From Macrostomum lignano (Eukaryota): 64,000 bases of DNA. Made by a program: the position numbers and the translations under genes. Shown here piece by piece: positions 25,401 through 36,200 of the stretch. The stretch covers positions 124,001 to 188,000 of the forward strand of contig NIVC01000576.1 of NCBI GenBank assembly GCA_002269645.1, in the 5' to 3' direction. The notes under the pieces are model-generated. The model was not told the origin of the DNA and did not search any database. It was given only the letters and a program-made list of their open reading frames with translations. Position 1 is the stretch's first letter. Each line of letters starts with the position of its first letter.

Positions 25401-28400
25401 TGACCTAAATCACGAGATTCAGAATCTTAATCGTTAGATTTCTGATCTAAATCATGAGATTCAGAATCTTAATCGTTAGATTTCTGATCTAAATCATGAG
25501 ATTCAGAATCTTAATCATGAGATTTCTGATCTAAATCATGAGATTCAGAATCTTAATCGTGAGATTTCTGATCTAAATCACGAGATTCAGAATCTTAATC
25601 GTGAGATTTCTCATCTAAATCACGAGATTCAGAATCTTAATCGTGAGATTTCTCATCTAAATCACGAGATTCAGAATCTTAATCGTGAGATTTCTGATCT
25701 AAATCACGAGATTCAGAATCTTAATCGTGAGATTTCTCATCTAAATCACGAGATTCAGAATCTTAATCGTGAGATTTCTGACCTAAATCGTGAGATTCAT
25801 AATCTTAATCGTTAATTACGAGATTCAGAATCTTAATCGTGAGATTTCTGATCTAAATCACGAAATTCAGAATCTTAATCGTGAGATTTCTGATCTAAAT
25901 CACGAGATTCAGAATCTTAATCGTGAGATTTCTGACCTAAATCATGAGATTCAGAATCTTAATCGTGAGATTTCTCATCTAAATCACGAGATTCAGAATC
26001 TTAATCGTGAGATTTCTGACCTAAATCATGAGATTCATAATCTTAATCGTTAATCACGAGATTCAGAATCTTAATCGTGAGATTTCTGATCTAAATCACG
26101 AGATTCAGAATCTTAATCGTGAGATTTCTGACCAAAATCATGAGATTCAGAATCTTAATCGTTAATCACGAAATTCAGAATCTTAATCGTGAGATTTCTG
26201 ATCTAAATCACGAGATTCAGAATCTTAATCGTGAGATTTCTGACCTAAATCATGAGATTCAGAATCTTAATCGTGAGATTTCTGACCTAAATCACGAGAT
26301 TCAGAATCTTAATCGTGAGATTTCTGATCTAAATCACGAGATTCAGAATCTTAATCGTGAGATTTCTGACCTAAATCATGAGATTCAGAATCTTAATCGT
26401 GAGATTTCTCATCTAAATCACGAGATTCAGAATCTTAATCGTGAGATTTCTGACCTAAATCATGAGATTCAGAATCTTAATCGTTAGATTTCTGATCTAA
26501 ATCATGAGATTCAGAATCTTAATCGTGAGATTTCTGATCTAAATCACGAGATTCAGAATCTGAATCGTGAGATTTCTGATCTAAATCACGAGATTCAGAA
26601 TCTTAATCGTGAGATTTCTGATCTAAATCACGAGATTCAGAATCTTAATCGTGAGATTTCTGACCTAAATCATGAGATTCATAATCTTAATCGTTAATCA
26701 CGAGATTCAGAATCTTAATCGTGAGATTTCTGATCTAAATCACGAAATTCAGAATCTTAATCGTGAGATTTCTGATCTAAATCACGAGATTCAGAATCTT
26801 AATCGTGAGATTTCTGACCTAAATCATGAGATTCAGAATCTTAATCGTGAGATTTCTCATCTAAATCACGAGATTCAGAATCTTAATCGTGAGATTTCTG
26901 ACCTAAATCATGAGATTCATAATCTTAATCGTTAATCACGAGATTCAGAATCTTAATCGTGAGATTTCTGATCTAAATCACGAGATTCAGAATCTTAATC
27001 GTGAGATTTCTGACCAAAATCATGAGATTCAGAATCTTAATCGTTAATCACGAAATTCAGAATCTTAATCGTGAGATTTCTGATCTAAATCACGAGATTC
27101 AGAATCTTAATCGTGAGATTTCTGACCTAAATCATGAGATTCAGAATCTTAATCGTGAGATTTCTGACCTAAATCACGAGATTCAGAATCTTAATCGTGA
27201 GATTTCTGATCTAAATCACGAGATTCAGAATCTTAATCGTGAGATTTCTGACCTAAATCATGAGATTCAGAATCTTAATCGTGAGATTTCTCATCTAAAT
27301 CACGAGATTCAGAATCTTAATCGTGAGATTTCTGACCTAAATCATGAGATTCAGAATCTTAATCCAGAGATTTCTGACCTAAATCACGAGATTCAGAATC
27401 TTAATCGTGAGATTTCTGACCTAAATCACGAGATTCAGAATCTAAATCTTGAGATTTCTGATCTAAATAGCAAGATTCAGAATCTAAATCTTGAGATTTC
27501 TGATCTAAATCGCAAGATTCAGAATCTTAATCGTGAGATTTCTGACCTAAATCATGAGATTCAGAATCTTAATCCAGAGATTTCTGACCTAAATCACGAG
27601 ATTCAGAATCTTAATCGTGAGATTTCTGACCTAAATCACAAGATTCAGAATCTAAATCTTGAGATTTCTGATCTAAATAGCAAGATTCAGAATCTAAATC
27701 TTGAGATTTCTGATCTAAATCGCAAGATTCAGAATCTTAATCGTGAGATTTCTGACCTAAATCATGAGATTCAGAATCTTAATCGTGAGATTTCTCATCT
27801 AAATCACGAGATTCAGGATTTATAGGATTTATAGGATTCATAGGATTTATTCTAGAATCAGTGAGTAAGATTTAGGGATCTAAAGCGCTATTGAAGAATT
27901 GAATCGGAATCGATACTTGAATTTTTATTTTTGTCTTGTTGTAGATTATAAATCGCTATCCAAACGTTGACAATCTGCGTCAATTTCAGAATAATGAAGA
28001 TTCGCAGAACTAAGAAAATGAAGGAGCAGGCTCGCAAACAGCAACAGAAAACAACTGACAATGTTAATAAGCGATCGCTAAACGAAGTCCGAGTTGTACA
28101 ACACAATCTGGTGTTTGTCATCGGCCTACCAGCTCGTCTAGCTGACGCCGACGTGCTTCGCGGCGCCGAGTACTTCGGTAAGTACGGCCGGGTGTACAAG
28201 ATCGCCCTGTCCAGGCCAACCAATGTCGGCGGCGGCGGGTCCAACAGTCAGGCTTCGTTTGGCGCCTACGTGACCTTTTATAAATCTGAGGACGCTATTC
28301 GAGCTCTGTTGGACTTGCGCAATACAGAGATTGATAGGCGGATGTTGAAAGCGTCGCTAGGCACTACCAAGTATTGCAGCTCGTATTTGAAGGGTCACAC

Positions 28401-30144
28401 GTGTCCTAAGCCTGACTGCATGTACCTGCACGAACTTGGCGATCCCAATGCCAGTTTTACTAAAGAAGAAATGAACGCCGGCAAGCACAACGAGTTTGAG
28501 GAGCGATTGGTGCAGCAATTTCTTAGTAATCAAAAGAAAAGCTCAGCCAATCATAATCAGAAGCAGGCGGCCAATGCTGCCGCTGCAGCCTCCGGGACGT
28601 CATCATCCGGAGCTGGCGCTGCCGCTTCTGGTGGCGGCGGCGGCGGCGGCGGCGGCGCTACTTCAAGCAAATCCAGCAAGAAAGCTTCGAAAAAAGCAGC
28701 CGCTGCCGCCGCGGCAGCGGCAGCCTCTGGCGGTTCAAATGGCGGCGAGAAAGCTGGCAAGCAGCAGCAGCAAGCTCCTCATCCACAGCCTAGGCACGTT
28801 TCCAGCAGTACTCAGGACACTTCTCAGGCTCATAGGCATCAGCAACAGCAGAGCCAGCGAACCAGAGGAGAATCACCAGTGTCAGCAGGTTCCACAGCTA
28901 TAGCTCCCCCTTCTTCATCATCAGTAACATCGTCTGTTGCGGTGGTTTCTGAATCAGCTACTACTGTTAGTAGTTCTATGCAGCACCTTCCCCATCAGAT
29001 ATTTGGCGGTATTGGCGGCGGCTTGGGCGGCTATTCGTTCAATGGCGCAGCCTCTTTGGGGTCGATCGTTCCAGCGCCGCTGCCTTCGTCACACGCGGCT
29101 TCGCCAGCATCGCCAAAGCATCTGTCTCTGGCGCCGGCTCCTCCGCCACCTTCAACCAGTCTGGCTGTGGGATCCGGCTCGGCTGCTCCGGGCTCTTCAT
29201 CATCTCCATCATCATTGAGAGTAGGGGCTACAGCAGCGCCGGCACCAGCAACAGCTTTCTCTTGCGACGATTTGGACTTTGATCCGTTTAGCGAGTCGCA
29301 GAGGGGATTAAGCGAGTGCCTGCAGTACGAGCAGCAGCAGAAGGCTATGCACCAGCAGCATCATCAGGCCCCGCCTGGCTTTTATCAGCATCATCAGCCT
29401 GGCCTGTCCTCACCGCAGCACCAGAATCATCTTCAGCAGCAGCACCAGCAGGTTAGTCGGGTTTCAGCGTCCACCTCAACATTGGCACCGCCGCCGGGGT
29501 TATTTCATCTTCAGCAGCAGCAGCAACAGCCATCGCTAGAAACTGATGTTCGTCATTTAGCGCAGACGTTGAGAAGTTTATTCCCCAATGCTAATATTAG
29601 CTACGAGGGTCAGGCAGCTTCTAATAATCAAAGCGCTCTGTTCGCTCCCGGCGCCGGCTCGCCAGCTTCAGCGGCGCCAACTTCAATGTTTGGCTACATC
29701 GGGTCCGGCCGGCCGCCCCAGTCTCTATCGTCTGCTGTTGGCGGCGGGCACCGATTCGTGCCCAGTGCCAGTTCGCCAATGTCTGGCACTGGCGTGATTT
29801 CCTCGCCAGTTGCCGCTTCTAAAGCGTCGGCGCTAAATCCGCTGCCGCCGCCTGGTCTCTGGTCGGACCCGGCCATCGTGTCTAGCCATCAGAGGCTTCA
29901 GCAGGAACAGCAGCAACAACAACAGCAGCAATTATTTGGCGGTAGCAGCAGCAGCGGCAGCAGTTTCTACAGCAGCAATGGCGGTGGCGGAGGCGTGTTC
30001 GGCGGCAGTCGCCTGTTTGGCGGTCTGGGCGGCGACCCAGTTTGGCCCCGTCTGTCGCCATTCACAATCGACGACCAGTCGTCTCAACAGCAGCAGCAGC
30101 AGCCGTCAACAGAGCATGCCGCCAGTTTTTTTAGAACCGCTTGA
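22409..30144 (+). CDS. CNOT4: CCR4-NOT subunit 4, RING E3 ligase, 787 aa
   Basis: Exons 22409-22501, 22586-22651, 22739-22788, 27990-30144 (phase-consistent). C4C4 RING CPLCMEPL...CPCEYQICRFCW...CPACR; RRM starting VRVVQHNLVFVIGL; C3H1 finger TTKYCSSYLKGHTCPKPDCMYLHE; long low-complexity tail. An in-frame ATG at 22400 is an alternative start. Confidence 0.93.
22930..27815. repeat. Intronic satellite, 42-bp unit made of two 21-bp subunits (gagatttctgatctaaatcac / gagattcagaatcttaatcgt), about 4.9 kb
   Basis: More than 100 tandem units filling CNOT4 intron 3 (22789-27989). Confidence 0.98.
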
Positions 30145-30687
30145 CAACTAAAAAAAACTGGATGGCGATGACTCATTGATTCAATTACCAAGCTAAAACG
30201 TAAAGGGGGGATTTCTTTGTCTAGCAACTACTATTAGTACTAAACTGTTGTTGTTGTCGCTGATGGTGAAACAATATTCTCTCCTGTCTGTGCGAGTTTT
30301 CTTCTTCAAAGAACAGCAAGCACCGAATTATTGTTTTAACAAAAACTGCATTGTTATTAAGGAGCGTATTGTCGATTATCATTATTTAAGCGGTTAGAAA
30401 TTGTAGCAGAGTATTTCTTTTTTTCCAAAATTAAAGTCTATCTGTCCTCTGTCATTGTGGTTTATTATTAGTCTCGAGTGCTGTAGGACCTTTAAGCAGA
30501 TTGGGCGATCAGTTTAATGATTTTCAGTGCCAATATCCTGGTATCCTTGTCGCATCTATTTAAGGTTTTCTTTAGCACCACTAGTGATTGATGTCTGCGG
30601 CGAGCTTTTGGGGTGGCTGAATGTTGAATGTTGAGAAACTTTAATCAATGAACTGCGAGTGTTTGATGCTGAATTATTGTAAGCTCA

Positions 30688-30688
30688 A

Positions 30689-30770
<82 letters not shown>

Positions 30771-30803
30771 GTCTGTCTCTCTGTCTGTCTGTCTGTCTGT
30801 CTC

Positions 30804-30838
<35 letters not shown>

Positions 30839-30907
30839 ATCTGTCTGTATCTGTTTGTCTGTGTCGGTCTGTCGGTCTGTCTGTCTGTCTGTGTCTGTCT
30901 GCCTGTT

Positions 30908-30956
<49 letters not shown>

Positions 30957-31128
30957 ATCTGTTTGTCTGTGTCTGTCTGTCGGTCTGTCTGTGTCTGTCT
31001 GTCTGTCTGTCTGCCTGTTTGTCTGTCTGTGTACCAAAGAATGACAGTTGCTGCACAAGTGGTGTGGTCACACGGAATTTGGCCATATTTTATGGCGGTG
31101 TGAATGAGCCTTTAGCTCAACGCAGTCT
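30688..31128 (+). mobile_element. (CTGT)n microsatellite plus about 100-bp unique core; dispersed element, copy 1
   Basis: The core gtaccaaagaatgacagttg...gctcaacgcagtct (31031-31128) is nearly identical to the reverse complement of 40776-40875. Confidence 0.75.
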
Positions 31129-31544
31129 CCAATGCTCACTAATGATGTTTAGAATGCCAAGCTTAAATATATGCTAGCTAGACCATAGTGCAGGAAATCT
31201 TTTAGCAGAAATTTATTTAATTTATAGATGAATAAACTTTACTATCTGGCACTGAGACACACGAATCAGACAGACGCAAACCCGCACCGCACTTGCAGGA
31301 GCCCCACCAGGTCGTTTAAGATTTCAAAAGCAAAGTATAATAATATTCCCCCTTTTAAAAAATAAACTGGATGGCGCTGTGCTGCTGTGCTGCGCAAACT
31401 TTCTCGATCCCCTGGAGCCAGTCTACTGTGCGTCCGACATGTGCTGAGCTGCTCCTCGAAAGTTTAACAAAACTAATTAACAATTTGCTGCCATATTTTG
31501 CTCTTGTGTTTGTTATTTTACAGTCTGCGTGTTTATTTAAATGC

Positions 31545-31692
31545 TGGGCCACCAGCCAGGCAGCCACCCGATCTTCAGACTGAGCCACCCAATACTCAGG
31601 CTGAGCCACCAGCCACCCAATCTTCAGGCTGAGCCACCAGCCACCCAATCTTCAGGCTGAGCCACCAGCCACCCAATCTTCAGGCTGAGCCA
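31545..31692. repeat. Minisatellite, 29-bp unit (ctgagccaccagccacccaatcttcagg plus variants)
   Basis: About 5 tandem copies. Confidence 0.85.
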
Positions 31693-33217
31693 ACGGCGAA
31701 ATGCTTAGTGACTCGTAAAATGACTGAAGCTTAACGATAACACAAATAATTGATTCTCAGATCAACTTTTTCATTCTAACGCTTAGGCAAAGCGGACAAA
31801 AAACGCTCGGCAGACTACTGGCACTACTACAGAAGTGATATATTTTCGATCTTTTGTACGTCATTTTCGTACAAATTTACAATGCAGGCAGTTTGTGTAA
31901 CTGACGAAAATATGGTGGCTATGACAGTTAAAAAGCTACGAAGAGAAAGAACACAATTAGCCTATGCCTATGCGGAACAAGTTTGAAAATTGAAATCCAG
32001 CATCCAAAATGTTAACAAAACAAAAACTGTAATGTGGGAAAAAAGAATTTTTGTTTAAATCTAGCATCCAAAAAGGAGAAAAATTCGCATTTAAAAGAGA
32101 TGATTTTGAATAGATCTATTTGTCTTTTTTGTTATACATGACGGCGCAACAAGTTTTTTTATGAATAAAATAGTTGTTTTAAAAACGACGGCACAAACAA
32201 CATAGCCTGAGGAAGCTGATACAATACAAACTAATGCATGAAAAATAAGTAACACATACCCCTGCAGTGCTACTGAAAGCAGACAGCTGCAAGTAGTGCA
32301 ACGTGTACGGCGATAAAACGCGTGAAGCATCGTCTAAGCAAAAAAGCGAGCATTTTGCTTACTGTAATAAATTGTTCTAAGCTGACAAATAACGTTTAAG
32401 TAAACAATAAACTCATTAACAAATGGGGGTTGATAAAGCTATCCTAATCGTTAATAACACAGTAGCTTTGATGAAAAGCGATGCCCGAGAAGCAATAAAA
32501 CGCTATGAATACTACTATTATCTATAAAGTGCAACTCAGTAGTTTAAAAGTTTTTTATGCACATTTTCCGACAAAAACGTTAAATAGTAAATACGATACG
32601 ATAAATAATGTCAAACAGGGATGCCAATAAGGACAGGCAGCTATGAAGACTGCAGGTTAACCTTAGCAGAAAGCGGTTATAATAATCTAATAAATATATG
32701 TCTATAAATTATCTACATACAATGCAGACACCCACATATAATGTATGAATCAGGGTTCTAAACTTTCGCCGACTTTTGAATGTTTTTTGAAATTCGAAAA
32801 CTATCTATGTTACTTGAAGTAGGTAAGAGATTTTTAGTTCTATAATTTGCTTCATACAGTTAATACATAGGTCCGCGAAAGCAAAATAACTGTGGATAAT
32901 AGCTGATCAATTTATAATGATATGGTTAAAATTTGCCAAACGTAGTAAAATCCATTTACTTTGATGGCGCGTAAACATTGATAACATCACAAGGTGACAG
33001 CTACTAAATGATACAAGTAAAGTCTCGCGCTATTTATAATCAAATGTCATGATGATAAAGAAATCAGAATATCACGCCATTAAATGATATAAAATATTAC
33101 TAGAGAAATCCCTATGAAAATTGGTAAATAATCAACATTGTAATTGAAGCTATAAAATTTTGTATTTTTCAATAATTGTTGTTGCCAACAAACGAAACCA
33201 CTGCAAAGCTGCATCTT

Positions 33218-36200
33218 TCAACGCTTCTTAACCAGCAGACAGGTCTCAACGTCACCCTTGCCTTTGACATAGGTAGTGCCGCGGTCTTCGAACTCGTAGC
33301 GAGACTCCAGCTTCTTCGCTACATCTTTGGTCACCTGTGTGAATGCGCCATATTACTGAATTTCTCATTTATGAATAATAGCATGTTGCTTTTGCTAATG
33401 AGGGCCGAAAACTCCATGGCAGCACCACAGAAACTAGAATAACTAAATGGGCCACTCATCACATTTGCGTATAAGCTACTTTCAGTTCAGTAGTAAGTTA
33501 AACCGAAGCATTTTCATTCATTTTCAAAGCCACGGCTCATTTATTGGCTCTTACCCACCAGCCTAAACCCTCCAACCGCGCCTTTCCACTCTACCCCCCG
33601 CCCCGCCCAAATTTTTATTGCCTTTCTCGGCATTCCAGCCTAAAGCTGCCTATGTACATTTCAGTGGACTGGCCAATGTACATTATGGCTGAACCAATTA
33701 GCAAGCTGTTTACGCCTGCAAGCTTGTGTGGGCTTCTAAACTTATCAAATTCATTACAACTGCCATATATGCCCGAGTGGCCCATCTAGTTATTTTAGAA
33801 CCTACAAAATTACAAAGTTACAAACAAATGCGTTTACGCACCTGAATACGCATCATCTCCCCAGTGGAGTACATACGCGAGCTGACATTAACCGTGTCGC
33901 CCCAGATGTCGTACAGCAGCTTAGTGGACCCGATAACGCCGGCCGTGACCTCGCCAATGTTATAGCCGATCTTTAATTTGAAATCGAAATTGAACAGGGC
34001 CTCATTGAATTCTTTAGTCTGTTCCAGCACGTCCAAGCAGAAGTCCATCAGGGCATACAGGTGATCCCAGTCCGGGTCTTTGTTTTTCTTCCGGGTCTTC
34101 GTGTTTAGCCCAGAGGCGGCCATGAGACAAGCGCCGACTGTTTTGATCTTCTCCACATCCTTATAATCGTCGTTGCTAAGCAGACCCTCGATGTCTGAGA
34201 AGTATTCGTTGAGCACGCGCAGCATCTCAGTGCCGCCTTGGAACTGTTCATCGTAGAATTCGCTAAAATTATAAATAGTTGAGAATACGACGCCAACGTT
34301 CTTCAAATTTCTGGAGTAGGTCTTCTTCTCTGACATCTCCGTCTCGATGTAGTAAGGAATGATGTTGTGCAGCAGCCAGTCAGCCTGCTCCTTCTCCTTT
34401 CTCATCTGCACCTTCTCCTGCGCCGCCTGATGCTCGCAGTGGAACGACTGCCTAAACGATATGTCGTATAGCCGATTGAGAAACACTACTAATAGTAGCA
34501 GTTCCAGCACACTGATTGTGAACTCGCCCTGCCTGATCAGCTCCGCAGGGTTGGTGGCGTTCCTTGACAGCGTTAAATTGCCGGCCGCCTCCGGCTTGGT
34601 GCTGCACAAGCTTGGGTTAAGAAAGGTCAACGCGATGGCGAGAATGACGGCTACGATGGCTGTGCAAGACTTGGTCCACGAGCAGAAGAATGTGAACAGA
34701 ACGAAGGCGCACAGGGCTAAGAGGAACACTTCGCGTAGAGTGACGGATTTGTCCACGATGGCTGGGGCACAGCTGGCCAAGTTGGCGATGGCCACAGCGG
34801 CTGGGGCCACCTGCGGATCAGGGGTAGAGAGCGACGTGTATTGGGCTTGTTGGTTGCTAGGGGAGACTGTTGCGGTTGCTAGGGGAAGATTGTTGCAGTT
34901 GCTAGGGGGAGATTGTTGCAGTTGCTAGGGGGAGATTGTTACAGTTGCTAGTGCAAGATTGTTGCGGTTGCTAGGAGAAGATTGTTCCAGTTGCTAGGGG
35001 AAGATTGTTGCAGTTACTAGGGGAAGATTGTTGCAGTTACTAGGGGAAGATTGTTGCGGTTGCTAGGGGAAGACTGTTGCAGTTACTAGGGGAAGATTGT
35101 TGCAGTTACTAGGGGAAGATTGTTGCAGTTACTAGGGGAAGATTGTTGCAGTTGCTAGTGAAAGATTTTTGCGGTTCCTAAGCCAGGGAGACATTGTTAC
35201 GGTTTTTAGGGGAAGATTGTTGCAGTTACTAGGGGAAGATTGTTGCAGTTGCTAGTGAAAGATTTTTGCGGTTCCTAAGCCAGGGAGACATTGTTACGGT
35301 TTTTAGGGGAAGATTGTTGCGGTTCCTAGGCCAAAAAGGATATTGCTGCGGTTGCTAGGGGGAAGATTTTTGCATTTGCTAGGGGAAAGATTGTTTCGGT
35401 TCCTAAGCCAGGGAGACATTGTTGCGGTTGCTAGACAAGATTGTTGCGGTTCGTAGGCCAAAAAGGACACTGCTGCGATTGCTAGGGGAGACTGTTGTGC
35501 TTCCTAGCTGATATTTGTGGTTGCTATATTGTTGCAGTTGCTACGGGGCTTTGGGGGAGAGTTTTTCAGTTGCTAGGCGATACGGGTAACTCATATAGCC
35601 TCATACTAACCATTACAAAGGCACCAATAGCATTGCGCGGATACCACGAGAACAGGCCGGCGTACAGGCCGCTGGCGCAGTTGCTGCACAGGTCGAAGCA
35701 AAACATCAGCAGGAATAGAATAAGGACCACGGCGCCAATGCAGCCCAGAGCGATGCCTGTTCAAGTAAAATTGAGAGGGCGATGTCAGCCAATAGACGAA
35801 ACGCAAATAGACTAAATAAATGAATGTGACCGTTTCGAATTGTACGTTTCATCTATCGCAGATTCTATCACAGAACTTTTCGTTCCTGCCTTTCTCCTTC
35901 ATTTACCCTTTCCCCTTCTTCCCTTCATCTCTTCTCCCTCCTTCATTCCCCTTCTTCCCTTCATCTCTTCTCCCTCCTTCATTCCCCTTCTTCCCTTCAT
36001 CTCTTCTCCCTCCTTCATTCCCCTTCTTCCCTTCATCTCTTCTCCCTCCTTCATTCCCCTTCTTCCCTTCATCTCTTCTCCCTCCTTCATTCCCCTTCTT
36101 CCCTTCATCTCTTCTCCCTCCTTCATTCCCCTTCTTCCCTTCATCTCTTCTCCCTCCTTCATTCCCCTTCTTCCCTTCATCTCTTCTCCCTCCTTCATTC

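Noticed and set aside
22930-27815. CRISPR array interpretation of the regular 21/42-bp repeats (also 44775-45440)
   Set aside because: There are no unique spacers, no cas genes, and the context is a eukaryotic intron.
27920-27989. Strong-looking acceptor at 27944 as the start of CNOT4 exon 4
   Set aside because: The required phase gives TTA TAA at once; the AG at 27988-27989 keeps the frame and the conserved linker.
31355-31648. Short ORFs between CNOT4 and the cyclase as an extra gene or exon
   Set aside because: No recognisable motif or convincing splice pair, and they partly run into a 29-bp minisatellite.
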